Source: Gnetum montanum
Lineage: Eukaryota > Plantae > Gnetophyta
DNA length: 64,000 nucleotides
NCBI GenBank assembly: GCA_015680685.1
Contig: MNCI01001921.1
Span: forward strand, 335,549 to 399,548
Reading direction: 5' to 3'
Notes under the pieces: generated by a model
What the model was told of the DNA's origin: nothing
The model's database searches: none
Seen by the model: the letters and a program-made list of their open reading frames with translations, nothing else
Shown here: positions 1 through 14,400 of the stretch, one piece after another
How the letters are laid out: each line of letters begins with the position of its first letter
How positions within the stretch are numbered: the first letter of the stretch is position 1
Position numbers and translations under genes: made by a program

Positions 1-1656
1 CTTTGCATTTTTATTTCTTCATTCCTTATCCACAATCTTGAACTAACGCATGCTCCTAATATGTGAACATTGGTTGTAATTTGTTTGATCTTTGTTCACA
101 TTCTTTGAATTCTTGCATGTTCACTTAAGACCCTATGGATGACCTTTTCCTTTGAGCTTACCAATTCATTCCTATCATCTCATCTTGGTTTCCCATGTAC
201 TTTGTCCTACAAACACAATAATCACACAACCATACAAACATGCTTCTACTCCATTTTCCTTAATGTTTTGACATATCAAAAGATCAATAGGAATAGTCAC
301 TCTCCCTCACATCTCTAAACTCCTCATCCCTTCAACTTGTATAGTTTCCCCGTCATTGGCAAAAGTAAAAATGAGAGCAAACATCCCCTCTATTTATAGG
401 ATGGAAAAGATCCTAGGGATTGGGTAAATACTTGTGCACAAAATTTTACATAATAAGGAAAGAGTAGATAACTCATTCCTTAAAACTTCTTTTTTTACTC
501 ATGAAATCATTGCTACTTGACTTGGACAAGTAAGCTCTCATCAGATAGTGGAATTGTGAGAGTGTCAACATGGCCCTTATTAAATGAGTCACTTGTCCCT
601 TTTTCAGTCATTAATATGTATTGAAGAATTTTCATATAAGTAAAATAATGTCATCATAAGCATGTAATAGAGCATACACAACCATTATACATTGACTTTT
701 CTAATGGCCCTACATTTTTGTATTTTTTAGTCATTTTTTAATTTATAATCTATGAGGGTTTCTAATTTATTTTGTTCTTTTAACTATTTTCCACATTTTA
801 GCTCCACCAATGCTAGTCCCAAGATTGGTTATAAAAGGAGGGTTAACATTAAGTTGATAGGTGATTGTAAAATATTTCCAAATCTCATGGATGAGTTCCT
901 TTTTAGATTTTGTAGATGCTAGGGCATTTTCCAAATGCAATGCATAGTAGAAGCTAGTTACTAATGAAAAAGAACTCATGTACTTGACCCCATTTTGTTG
1001 GGACAAGGCTAGGATGATAATGATATAGTTTCCACATTTCCTATAATATATCTAGAAAAACTCATTGATACTAAACTTTTTATCTATCCAACATTTTACA
1101 CATATTGAGCTGGTCATAACAAAAACAAATATGTCATAACTATTATGCTAGAAATTAATAGAGGAAAATATCGTCCCACTAGATACTTTTTAAATGTTTA
1201 ACATAAAAAGATCAAAATCCAAGGCTCAAATTAAAAAGCTAATTGTAGATCTATACTCTAGGTATAAAGTTGAGTTAGTCCACCATATTTGAGTGTCATC
1301 CAACAACTTTGAATTTTGACATATTTTATTAATTAAATATTCAATAATTTTAGAATTCTAAGTAAACATTAGAATAAACCATGGGTCCACATCACATTAA
1401 TTTCCTATTATTATTCTAAAATAATGATAAACTTTGTAATGCTTATTTATTACTAATATATATATATAACTTAAAATAATAAAAAATAGGCAAAAGTTAG
1501 AAATAAATAGTAATCTTGCTTATGTCAACCAGACAAAAGTCTTCATATTACTAAGAAGAATTAAGCACATCTACAATTATATAAGCTTTAAAACAAATTA
1601 AATTCTAAATATTTAAAAGAGTACAAAGTTCACATGTACAAATGTGGGGAACTACA
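1..1656 (-). mobile_element. Probable LTR fragment (gypsy-like) truncating the neighbouring LTR
   Basis: Minus strand begins TGTAGTTCCCCAC at 1656. A TATA-like CCTATAAATAGAGG lies at ~388-400 on the minus strand. No coding signal; the similarity to the 9219-10172 LTR stops abruptly here. Confidence 0.4.
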
Positions 1657-2382
1657 TTATTTGGCTAGGAAGTAGTAAGAATAGAACATTGTAACATGAA
1701 TATTGATTTTAATTAACTTGAAAACAATGAGAAGTAAATATAGGCTAGCTTAGTGATGATAAGAATCCATTTGTAATCTTATATTCATGTCTTAGGCTCA
1801 TACAATTGTTATTAGGATTACCAAGTAAACCATTACTAGGTAAACGAAATGATATTACTACTGCGTTAGCAAACAACAATACTTAATGCTTGACATTAGT
1901 CATACTTATTCGACCAAATAGTAACATACATTAGAAATGTAACAACTGAAATGTAAACTATAGATGGAAAATAAGTCTATGTTATGTGAAATGTTGCAAT
2001 GATCATAAATAATCTTGATCTTTATTAACATCCATGAGGCATGTTCAGGTATACTTCACTTGAATAAAGATGGTATACAACTATTTAAATATCATAAACT
2101 AACTATGACTTCATGAAGTAAAACTGCAAGAGCTTGGGTAAGAATAGACCAAAAATTTTTATAAACATGGTAGGTAATCTATATTTATAGGTGTTTATTA
2201 TAATTGTGACATCATTTTTATGATATAGTATCTCAACCTATGATATTGCAAATGTATTATAGTATATGCAATATAGCAATCAAATAACATAATTTTCATC
2301 AATCTTACTATAAGAGGTATACTGACCCTAAGCTTTTTGACAAAGGATATATCAAGATTCCTCATACCCCCACAATTCATCA
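1657..2382 (-). repeat. 3' LTR (truncated) of the Athila-like element 1657-10172
   Basis: Aligns by eye with ~9430-10172 (shared aatattgattttaattaact, ggattaccaagtaa, catgt.caggtatact, taaacatggtaggt, aagctttttgaca). Minus-strand start is TGATGAA. Confidence 0.8.
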
Positions 2383-2589
2383 AAAATTCATCCTCAAGTT
2401 ATACAAAATGGGAAAAGTTCAATTACAAAAATCACAAGGTGACTAAAACCATATTGACCAACATGATAAAACTTAACTACGATATTACAAAATTTATTTG
2501 AGTAAGTATATCATAAAAAATTACAAAAATTAAGTAACACATTACAAAATTTATTCAAATATATGTATTACAAAAACAACAAAAATAAC

Positions 2590-4229
2590 CTTCTTATGTT
2601 AGATTCTAGGGAATTTCAAAGTTGTATGACTTGGTTATGCATGTTGGCTAGATGGATTTTCTCCCTTTGTTGTTGGAAGATCTTGCTCTGTCAAATGGCA
2701 AATTTTTCTTCAATTGGTTGAATGAATACACCAATTTTTGTGGGGTTAGTATTGAGCTCATATAAGAACCCCTAGTGAAAGTCTTTGATATGCTAGCCTC
2801 TAGGGAGGTTCAACTACCAATGATCAAAGGCTTGTAGGATGCAGAAGCCTTCTTCACTCGGATAGTACCACGAACTAAAAGTGTGAAAATGCCTAAATTG
2901 GCACTACCTACAATATGGAAGCATGTAGTGGAATTGATCAAATGTTTCTTCATTTACATTGGGAAAGTGTGGAAACTATAAGAGTCTCACTTTACACTCC
3001 TTAAATACCTATGCATGGGGTAGAGGATGAACATGCCTTGATGGTTTCTTGCATCTTTGTGGCGTCAACTACTGAGGCAATAATTAGGTCTAATTCTTTC
3101 CCTATGGAGTGTAGCTAGACTAGTGCCTATGATGTGAAGTGTTGCTCTAACATGAAACTCAGTCTATAGTAGACATAAATAGATGGAGGTGGCTACAAGT
3201 GTTGCACTACCTCAAGGTGGCATTGGGAGAAATCCAACATCTTGATGCAAAGATGGAGGAAACCATGCTAGGGGAGAGTTGATGTTTCCTATAGGAGAGT
3301 ATTGATGCAGCCATGGACGAGGCCACTCTCCATGTGTGCAAAAAGGAATGATGGATCTAGGAGATGAAATGGACTACTAGGAAAGAAGCCTTTCAGCAGC
3401 AGCTGGATAGACTAAGGCTTTAACACTAGGAAATGGTGTAGGTCCTTCAATGATATATGGAGGTAGAGACCATGGTAGCAAGGGCCTTGCTAGAAGATAA
3501 ACTCCATAAAGAATTGAAAGAGGAACTCAAGTAGGAGAAGCTCTAGTGACGAATGTTGGAGCACAAGGTAGAAGTCCAAAGGGAAAATGAGCATAGGGAG
3601 GATGAAGTGCTACAAAAGTAACTTGAATGGGCACATGAATAAAATAAAATCACCTAACTATAGGAGGGAAAATGTTCCTATGTTAAGATGCATATCAATC
3701 ATAACTCATCTTGGTAGGAACTTCTTCGACATGTTAGGCTTGTGTCCATGAAGCTCCATCTCGGTAAAAAGGCAATGCAACCAATAGGGCACATAAGGCT
3801 GAGCCCTTGAAGATTTTCCAGCAAATGTCCATCTTCCTTGCTACTGAGGAACACCATGCATCACTCAACACCCTCCACAAGTATCGACCTAACTATAACT
3901 GCATGCATTTTCCGAGGCATCTCTAAGGAGCAGGTGCCCTAGTTGGTTTTTTTGTTATGGTTTGTATTTTTTTTGATGGTTTGGATGGCCCTACTAGGAT
4001 GAGCATTAGTTTTTAATGTCTCAGTTCATATGTGGTGCTTGTATCATAGGATCCTACACTAGATGTTGTTGGAACTATTTGTGCCTAGCTGGGTGAGTGG
4101 ATACATGATTTGAGGGTTGGCAAACATCCCAATTTTGCTAGGTAGTAGACTTGGGGATTTCTCTCTTCTAGATTTTCTATTCTTATACATATTTCATAGT
4201 AAGCTTAATATACTCTTGAAATTTTCCCA
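2590..4229 (+). mobile_element. 5'-truncated non-LTR-style insertion carrying a decayed non-RT ORF and a 3' UTR
   Basis: Flanked by AAAAATAAC at 2581-2589 and 4230-4238 inside a continuous A-rich host tract. Decayed frame ...LPTIWKHVVELIKCFF...SHFTLLKYL...RMNMP*WFLASL..., then a T-rich UTR ending in an A-run. Confidence 0.55.
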
Positions 4230-5454
4230 AAAAATAACAAAAAATTGTAAAATTATTCAAAAATTTGTCAATGTTGAGTCTTCATGTTGTTTGTAGCAAT
4301 GTCGCTTCTTCCAACCTTGGTTGTTTGGTTGGCACTTCCCCTTTCATGCAAAACATATACTACTTACTAATGATCATTTTCTCATCTTGGTCTCTTCTCC
4401 CTTCCTTACAAAAGATTTTTAAATTCTAGGAACTCATTTAGGCATCGTTTACAATTATCAAAGAATCATCATTAGTTTTGAAAAAATTTTCCTTTATGTT
4501 TAAACCCATTTTGAACCCTTGATTAGCTCTAAATTCAAAAAATTTGGCATTTAAGCTCAAGATGAATGTGATTACAAAATAACATTCCTAATGTTCTAAG
4601 GCAAATAAATTCATGAAATTCTAGGTTCATTCAATTATTCTTGCTATTAGTTACCTCACTATTCAAAAATGAGGTTTTAGAAAAAAAATTTAATTTGAAA
4701 AAATCATGTCATAAGCCACCATGAAAAATTAGTGAAACTTCAAGAGCTCACATGTTTTTGAACAAGTGAAATGACAATTTTGGTTCAAAAAATATTGTAA
4801 ATGCACTAGGATATTGAAAATCATATGACCTAAATAATTTAGGTACCAAAATGACTAAGAAATAGGAAATTTGAAGAAAATTTCAATATAAAATCATCAA
4901 AAATTAATCAACATTAATGAGATGTAGTCCCAATATCATGCTTGAATTTGAAAAAGCTTCCTGTAATGTTCTTAAAGATACCAATTTAGTTTTGAGCCAT
5001 GATTAGTAGAAGTTATGCAAGTGGATCCTCCCCGAACTTAGCTCGTACCCATAATGCCCCTGTAAAACCACTTCTATAGATGTCCATGGGCACCTAAAAA
5101 GATAAATGTGTATCATCAAAATTAAGGGGAATCCCCTTAATTTTGTACATATTTTATTTAATAGTTAATATAATTTTGCTTGACTATTTCTCAAAAAAAG
5201 GTTAAGTGTAGTTACAAATTTCTAATTCAAGTTAGGGCACCTTCCTCATGACTAAACGCATTGAAAAGTGTTTGGAAAATGGACCATAAATTCCTAGGGT
5301 TATGTACTATAGGTTTCCTATTTATCATCTTTAGTGATTTATGTTTTCATTTATTATTCTATTTGATGTTAATGATAATTATGTTTTGATCATTAGAATA
5401 CATATATGTTATTGGATTGGGAGGTATTTCTACTTTAAAGGATCCAAATATGCT

Positions 5455-5722
5455 TTTCTTTTTCCTTTCACTTTCAGTTTCTATGTCTTCTTATTCATTA
5501 TTTAGTTTTGGTGCATGGTCAAGGCATAGGATATCCTTTTTTAAGTTCTCTATTTTGTTCATTTTCCTAGAATAGGAATTGATCTAGATATGCTTTCTTT
5601 CTTACTTTCACTTTTAGTTTCGAGGTCTCCTTGTTCATTATTTTGTTTTGGTGTATGGTCGAGGCATAGGATATCCTTTTGTAAGTTCTCTAGTTGCTTC
5701 ATTTTCCTAAAATAGGAATTGA
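5455..5722. repeat. ~140 bp imperfect tandem duplication (2 copies)
   Basis: ttttggtg(c/t)atggtc(a/g)aggcataggatatccttt...ttcattttccta(g/a)aataggaattgat occurs twice. Confidence 0.85.
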
Positions 5723-5999
5723 TATGTGGTTTTAGTGATTTCATGTGTGTTTTAGATAGTTTAGAACTTCTTAGCCATTGGGTGTCTTTTTTCTAGTTGT
5801 TATTACATATACATTTTTTTTCTCTTACATAGACACTTATTTTTCAAATTTATTATGGAATCATGTTAAAATTTTGAACTTTCAGCTCAAAATTTTATAA
5901 TTCATTATTGTAAGTAATGCATGGAATTTTATATCTCTATATGGCTCCATTTTCATCCTCCTTGAAAATTTCTAAGGATCTATGATTCCAAGCTTGGCA

Positions 6000-8900
6000 T
6001 AATTGCTACTAAACCATGCTCTTCTCATGATAAGAGGAAAGTCTCCCTTATCATTTTTTACATTGATCATGAGGAAATTTTTTGGATAAGACCATCCATT
6101 AATAGTGACCACCACATTATCTACATTGTCTCAAACAAAGAAAGTGGTCACCACATTGTCTACATGTTCCAAAGCAATGGTGACTGATTAATCTACAATC
6201 TCCAGTCTAATGTAGCATTTCTTCAATCATGGTAGTTTTCATGCTTTTTACATGTCTTGTGATAAGAGATTGACTTTTGAACCTAAATCTAGAAGCACTT
6301 TACATAGAGTATTCCCTACTATTTATAGGTATATTAAAGAAATTTTAGGATTTTTTCTCTTCATTGGAAGAATACCTGCTATGATCTAGTGAGTTACTAT
6401 TAATGTAAGCATAATAGTTGTGATGTTTCAATTCTATTTTTTAGGCTACATAAACTCCTTTAAAGAACTTAGAGTTATGGGCTAGAGTCTCAGTCAAAGT
6501 TTCTCTTGTTATTCTTGCCAATGCTTCCTAGATTTATCCTAAATAAAGGTCATTTTCTTAATTTAGGTATAGTTTCTAATAATGTGTTCCATTTTTGTGT
6601 TTACAACCATAGTTGCATTTTTTTTGTTGAGATTGTGTTAGCAATTCCCCTTACATTGATTGTGGTAGAACTGGAGGAATTGGATTAGGAGGTTGCTAAT
6701 GATGTAGCATTATTGGGTGAGACATGTAGGAGGGTGATTTTGCATGTGGAGTTATGGGTTGGTGATATTCAACAAGATAGTAGTGATAAAAATGATGGCT
6801 AAAAGTATTCTCATGAGAAATAGGTTGTTAGAGGTAGTAGTTATAAGGATTTATTTTTTTATAGGGATACTACTATATCAAAGGTGGAATTTCCCATATT
6901 GTGATTTTTTCTATTATTGGTTATATTGTTCCTAAGGTTAAGGATGAGCCCCATTGGGATATTATAGTTGTTTTCCATAGGATCATCTATAGTTACCTTG
7001 TAGGTAAGGTATCTTCATAGACATTTTCTTTTTAATAAAATTTGGACTTAATGCATATGCCCCTAATTCCTATAAGTGAGCCAGTATAAGAAAACATCCT
7101 TTGGGATGTTTGTATTAACATAGTCACATCATTCTTCTTCTTAACTAGAATCAACAACCTCTTCCACAACAACAACTTTTCCCTTATACTTGAATATGTC
7201 ACATCATGTTTCCTTCTTTTTCTTTTTATTATTTTCTTTGGTTAGGGATTTCTTTGTATTCTTTTTTACTATATTTAGTGTTGTTAAAAAAATTCTCATT
7301 TATTAAATGCCACATATTTCTAACCTTTGTTGTAATGTCAAATATGGATTTCTAGATTGGCAAGGTGTTTCTTTAAATCATTTCTTCCATGGAGTCCTCT
7401 TCTTGTGTCACAAAGCCAAACATCTATTTTGTAAAGAAATGAATCCTTGTTACACTAATTTGAAAGTTCTATCTTTCTTAGTTCTTCTTCCTTAGACACT
7501 TAGTCAATTAACATTTGTATATGATGGACTCACATTTTGAATAACCTCCCCTAGGCATACATCTTTGGAGTCTCTCTTGTTTTATTTTTTCATCCATCAA
7601 ATATCTACCTAAGTTGTTCCTACTAGGAAAAAACATGTCCTAGACATCTATGCAAGAGTGAATAATATCTTTTCATAGCTGCATCAAGGGACACATGACT
7701 CCCTTATTTTCATCCCTAGATTTGTTTTCTCAAATTTGAAACAAAGTCTGGTAATTGTTGTTGAAAAGTTTTGACATTGTGCTCCATCAATAGATAGAGT
7801 TTCATTCTAAAGATCAATGCCAACTTTATGCTTCTTTAATCAATGTTTCTCGAAATAACTTAAGTTTCTACCAGTTATTCTTAATGTTCTAGAGTACATG
7901 AGCATTGTGAAAGGCCTGTAGATGATGGTGCTTGTTAGCATTGTAACCATTCTTAAACTTTGAAATGTTTTCAAGTCAATTTGCTTAATTTGATTGTTCA
8001 TTTGATGTCTTATTGAAATTAGGCATCCCCTTGGATATTTATCATGATTTTGATTGATGTTAGGGATTTTTCATGATCCTTGGATTCATCAAAGTATCTT
8101 TTAAGGTGATGATCCTTTTAATTCTCTCTCTCTCTCTCTCTCTCTCTCNNNNNNNNNNNNNNNNNNNNNNNNNNNNNNNNNNNNNNNNNNNNNNNNNNNN
8201 NNNNNNNNNNNNNNNNNNNNNNNNNNNNNNNNNNNNNNNNNNNNNNNNNNNNNNNNNNNNNNNNNNACATCTTCTTCATCACTTCTATCTCTTCCATGAT
8301 ATCTTTCTTGATCTCATCTTTTGTTCTTATTAGAAATGCTATTTTAATTCCTTCATGGATTTTTATCTCCATGTTTGTGTTTGTCTTTTTTAAAATCTAC
8401 CAATGAGTATGATGAACAAGATAGAGGTCTTGGAAAGCAGTGTTAACATTCTCCTCTTTTATGGTCCCTTGGTTCTACCTTTCTGGATATATTGGAGGTG
8501 CTAAGCATTTAGTCTCTCCTTACTCTAGGATCTATCTCATCCCTTCAAGAAATTTCTACTAAGGTTGAATGAAATCTCTATTTCATAGGATCTTTAATGT
8601 ATAAGACAATCAATTAAGAATTAGATTAACGATGATGAGAATTTTCAAATTGATATTTCACATCTCCCTTTTCTAATGTAATATTACCTAGGACACATGT
8701 TTATCCTTCTCTTGTTCATACTTAGCTTCCACAACAATGTCTCTTCTAGCTTGAGCTTCAATTAGTTAATAAGATTTAGTCATGTCCATTGTGATTTGAT
8801 AGCCTTCATATGCATGACCAAAACTAGATCTTATTAGAGAAACTTGAAGCATAGAAGGGATTGACTGGTTTGATGGCAATACAATATTATCCTATAGATC

Positions 8901-9100
8901 TCTCTATCAAAATCTTTCATTTGATGAAAAATGAAGATGAATTCTAGATAAAATGAATGAATATGAACATAATAAATCCTTGTCTGCATTGCCTCATTCC
9001 AATTCACTTCAGTATAGATCTTGCCATTACTCATTAATATCATTCGCAAAGTGGAGAATTCACTTTGTGTATCGAAGCCATGTTTAATCAATTAAGACTT
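6000..9100 (-). pseudogene. Decayed gag region of the Athila-like element
   Basis: Reverse complement resembles the plus-strand gag copies at 57.2-58.4 kb and 61.5-62.6 kb, including the Cys/His knuckle block (aacatcc...gggatgtt at ~7093-7110). Many stops. Confidence 0.65.
8123..8266. other. (TC)n microsatellite followed by an assembly gap (N run 8149-8266)
   Basis: Directly visible. Confidence 0.97.
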
Positions 9101-9199
9101 AAGTGTGTGTTTGAGATTATTTTATCTTTTGGAAGGTAGATCATGAAATTCTAATACAATGAACTTGTATAGTATTAACTAACTAGAATATTAACACTA

Positions 9200-10172
9200 T
9201 CCTCGGTAATCACGCTAATGATGAATAGTTAGGATTCCCAACACTTAACAATAGAAGTCATACAAGCATACACACATGACCAGATTTTAATCCATGGATG
9301 GAATAGTAAGAACTTTAACTAGTTAGTATGAGGCTCAATAATCGTTATCTTCTTATTAGAGATAGTGCTAATCAAAGTGTATGGTTTAACTTGCAGTATG
9401 GTATAAAATGTTATCATCTTTTTTAGCTCTAAAGTAGTAAGAATAGAATATTATAAGATCAATATTGATTTTAATTAACTAGAAAATAATAAAAAAGGTA
9501 AAACTAGTCTAGCCTATTGGCAATAAGCATCTATTACTAACCTTCTATTAATGTCCTAGGCTCATGTAGATGTTACTAGGATTACCAAGTAAGTCGTTAT
9601 TGGGCAAATCAAATGATATTACTACTAGGTTACAAAATAATTGTACTTCCTGAGTGAGATTCATCATAGTTATTTTGGTATATAATAACATACCTTGAAA
9701 ATGTAAATGATAATTGAAATGTAAAGTCCATATGAAAAATCTATCTATGCTATGGAAGATACCACAATGATTATAAATAGTCTCAATCTTTATTATTATC
9801 AATGAAGCATGTCCAGGTATACTTTACTCATGCAAAGATGTCATATAACTACTTAAGATCATACTATGGATGCTTACACACTATGACTTCACAAAATAAA
9901 ATTGCAAGAGTCTAGGTAAAAAACCTGCAAAACACTAGGTAAGAATGAATTAAAAGTTGTTATAAACATGGTAGGTGAATTATATTAATAGGAATTTATT
10001 ATAATTGCAACATTTTAGTTATATTATAATATCTCAATCTATAATATTGCAAATGCATTATGGAAAATCTGATATTGTACATGTGATATAGTAGCCAACT
10101 AACACAATTTTCATTAATCATGAGGTATACTAGCATTAAGCTTTTTGACATAGGACATATGATACTTCATCA
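9200..10172 (-). repeat. 5' LTR (9219-10172) plus decayed tRNA-Asp PBS (9200-9218)
   Basis: Minus strand reads TGATGAAG...TTCATCA, then TTAGCGTGATTACCGAGGA, a decayed TGGCGCCGTTGCCGGGGA. Paired with the LTR at 1657-2382. Confidence 0.75.
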
Positions 10173-10329
10173 ATGGTGACTAGTAGTTAAACGCTCTTGA
10201 GTATCAACCTCAAGTTTAATTGTAAGTAACAAAGGCCAATGAGAATGGGCAAGATATTGGAGCCTTGGGCAATAGAATGTTTAGAGAGAATAGCTAATGT
10301 AGAAAACCAACTTGAATTTAGTTCAAATG

Positions 10330-11437
10330 GTTATAGTGTATTTTCCTTCAAAGATAGTGGATTCCTTGGTTGACATAAGTGTCAACCATAGTTTTATATC
10401 ATCAAAGATTGCTTTTACCCTCAATTTGTGACTATATCCAATCTCAACATCTTGTAAGTTGACCAAATTTTGTTTAATAATATGTACAAGGATGATGATG
10501 GGAGTAAAGGTGAAGGTGGATCAATGGAAAGGCAAGTTGGATGTTTTAATCTTGGACATTAACTCTTTCCAAGTTATCCTTGGATAAGATTTTTTAAAAA
10601 AGACAAAGATGTTGGTTGCTCCCTACCTTAATTTTCTTTACATCCACATCAAAATTCATCCTATGTAGTGAATATATTTGTACTAGGAGCAACTATCATT
10701 CTTCATGATGTTCAAATTATGTTGCCAATGGTGATGAATAGGATTGCTAGAGATCCAAACTAACAAATTTATCAGGCTTTTTTAAGAGAGGTGTAGGTAG
10801 ATGGTTAAGTCAGGTGGTTGTGCATATTGAAGATGTGCTTGGAAGGCATAAGGATCTAATGTTGATGGAATTCTAAGCAAATTGTTAGAAAGACAAGTGG
10901 TGGACCACAAGATTGAGTTGCTACTAGAAACTACCCCTCCCAAGTAACATCCTTCCAGATTGACTACCCCTAGGTTGAAGGAGTTGAAGAAGCAATTAAA
11001 ATGTTTGGTGAAAAAACATTATTTGAGATCTTTAAAATATCCATATGAAGCCTTGGTATTATTCTTAAAAAAATAGGATGATAGTCTAAGGCTATGTTAT
11101 GATTACAAGTTATTAAATAAGTTTGTCATCTATAATACATATCTGGTACCTTTGGTGCTAGACCTATTCGATCAACTTGGAAAAGCATGATTTTTCTCTC
11201 AAATCAACCTTTGCTAAGGTTATTATCAAATGCACATTATATCATATTTTGAAGAAAAAATAAATTGTATCACTCCAGATGGCTTCTATGACTGGAGTAT
11301 GATGCCTTTTGGGTTGTGCAATGCTTCTAACACCTTTTCACACCCATGAATGTGGTGTTTCACTAGCACCTTAACAAATTTGTGGTGGTATACCTTGATA
11401 ACATCATTGTGTATTCTCACTCTATGGAAGAGTACCT
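10330..11437 (+). pseudogene. Ty3/gypsy (chromovirus-type) pol fragment: aspartic protease and N-terminal RT
   Basis: Manual translation gives LVDISVNHSF (protease), DHKIELL, KELKKQL, SLRLCYDYKLLNK, DLFDQLGKA, GYYQM, MPFGLCNA and FVVVYLDNIIVYS (YLDD box). Truncated by the next element. Confidence 0.92.
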
Positions 11438-11441
11438 TCTA

Positions 11442-14400
11442 TTGATCTATCCCATGTTTTGGTGGCTTAAAAAATAGACATTGAAGAGGTGTGCTTGGCT
11501 GCCCTTGTGTTTCAAGCATCAACCAAGTTGATAAGCATGAAAACAAAGTGGATGTCAAGAAATAATAAATTAAGGATTCCAAGATGTGAGGATATAAGGA
11601 TCAATCAAGTCAATGTCAACATTCCCCCAACCCCAAATATAGCCTAGACATCTAGGTTTTAAGGTAAACATCCACATTGAAAGCATGCAGAATTCAAACC
11701 TCAACTTGCATCCAATCCTAACATCTCATGCCTTGGCCCAAATGTCCAAAATTATGGACATCCCAAGACTAAGTATGAACTTCCTAGTGCTAGTGTGAAT
11801 TTCACATCAAAATTGCTTTAAATATGAGGGTGGCCATCCTAGACCTTCAAATATGTCCCATCTATTTATCAACCTTTGCAATGTGGATGTTCAATCCTTG
11901 AATGGGATGTCCTTGATAGCCATTGCAAAAAATAAAAAGGTTCTCTCTAGTCATTTTCGAAACTCTAGTTCTTCATGAGAATATTTCTTGGACATGATAG
12001 CTATTAAAGAGCATGCCATAACCTTTAACAAATTAAGCAATCAAAGCTAATTATTAATATAATTTCATTGCATTGGGCATCTTAACTAGGCATCAAGTAA
12101 GGGTTTGGATTGGTTCAGATCTTGCTAGGGTTAAAAGATTGTTTGGGAGCTACACTACCATTCGAACATCATTGTATGAAACTTTTAATTATTTTTAATT
12201 CATCAATAAGTGCATGTTATTCAAATCCATAGTCTTATCATTGTTGTATCATGTGTATTTGGATTTGGATATAGAGCTTGCTATTCCATTCATTCTATAA
12301 CCCTTGTGATAGCATAACTTGTGCAAATGTATTTTGTCGAATCAATCTCAACACACAACACTTTTAAATCCTTGAAAGTTCTAAAAAATATAGATTCTCA
12401 CTACATTGAAATCATAAGGGATTCAAGTATTTTTATTTTTGCTTCTATCCTAAGAGGTATGTGAATGTGTCCTAAGGAAGTATCACAATTTGTTCTTAAC
12501 CTTGCAATGTCCTTGGAAGTCCTGAAAAATACTAAAATTGATCATCCTACAGGAATTTTGTAGCATCTGAGGATCTACCATAGTGGTAGTCTCAACCACA
12601 AATTTAATTCAAGTGGAATTTAAGGTGATGAGCTTTACCACATACACATCAGTAACTTCATTCCTTTTATGTTTATTTCCAACATTTTTATTTACACAAT
12701 TTGGTTTTATTATAATCCACTCATCCAGTTCCTCCCCTTCTATGTTAACCATATTAGAGCTTGGTTGCTCTCTCTTTCTTAGATTTGACTACTCTAAAAG
12801 ATGTAAGGGCATTAGGGAATGTTACATGCACAACCACCACTTTTCAATGATATTGACTATGTCTTATGGAAGGGTTGACTATAAACGTACTTAGAATCAC
12901 TTGAGTTTGATATGTGGTAGAGTGTTGTGGATGGATACATGACACTAGTAAAAGAACACTCCAAATAGAATGAATATTTCATGATTTATTCAACAGCCAA
13001 ACATGCCATATCATCTACATTAATGCAAGAAGAATATAACCAATTCAACCATTGAAAGATATCCAAGGATGTGTAGAATGCCTTGGAGATAAAATATGAA
13101 GAAACTAATGTGGTAAGGAAATTAAAACTTCTCCTCTGGGTAAATCAGTTTGATAAATTTAAAATGTGAAAGGATTAAAGAATTCATCAATAATTCAACT
13201 AGGTATGTGATATTATTAGTTCCATTTAAAGGCTATGTCAAGACCTTCTCGAGAGTAAAGTTTTCTATAAGATTATTAGAACTTTCAATCTTGAATACAA
13301 AATGAAAATTACAACCATGGAAGAGTTAAAGGATTTTGACACTTTAAAATTTAAGAGACATCAAAGTGCTCTTACTATGTATGATATGATATTAGCTGAA
13401 GAAGGACATTACTTGAGGAATGATCTCATTTCCCTCTCCTAAAATTGAGCAACAATACAAAAGCTTAAAAAGACTCAAGGTCAAACCTCATTGTATACTA
13501 GCAGCAATGATCCAGATGATCCAAAGCTTATACTACACACCAAATAAATTAATAAGATGATTGTAAACCAACTCAAATGAAAAGAAAAGAAAAGACAAGA
13601 AATAAACAATCAAGAGGTAAGCCCTCAAATAAGATATCAATGCCCACTTTGTTTACTGATATTAAGAATATTATTTGTGGGTATGTAATGGATGAGGACA
13701 TTTTTCCTTAAAATTTCTAAAAGCCAAAAGAATGCTTGATGAAGCCAAATTATAGGAGAAAGAACAATTCCTCATTATCAAATGGGATGAAGAAGAAGAT
13801 GATTTTGAAATAGAAGTGGAGAAAAATGATAGCTCTATCTCCCATCTTACATGCATGGCCATAGCATCTGCACCTCAAGAAGATGATGGGAAGTCAAGTG
13901 ACAAAGAAGCAATTAGCACCATCAAAGAAAGGTATGATTATCTTAAGTAAAATTTTTGTAAAATTACAATAGCCTTTCTTAAAGTATAAGAGAAAATTGC
14001 ACCAATGTGATTTAGAGTATGAACAATATAAAAACTCATGTCTAACACTAACCAGTAAAGCCATAGTCCTTAAGGTCGTGATTGAAAAGTTAACAACTTT
14101 GAATGAGTTTCTAAAGATGCAAGNTGTGATTGAAAAGTTAACAACTTTGAATGAGTTTCTAAAGATGCAAGACCACAAGGAAGAAGAGTTGACAAGATCA
14201 ATACCTCACTCATAAGGAAAAACATGCTACTTGGGAAATAAGTTGAGAAGCTATACAAAGAGGTTGATCTAGAAAAGAAATTTATTAGAAAGTTTACCCT
14301 TGGGAAGGCATCACTTGATCAAACACTTCAACAAGGAGAAAGCCCTAATGATAAAAGTGAACTTGGATACAAATCCACCAAGATACTCTAATAGATCCAC

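Noticed and set aside
14077-14171. ~46-bp direct repeat around a single N
   Set aside because: Identical copies flanking one N are typical of unmerged overlapping contig ends, so this is an assembly artefact.
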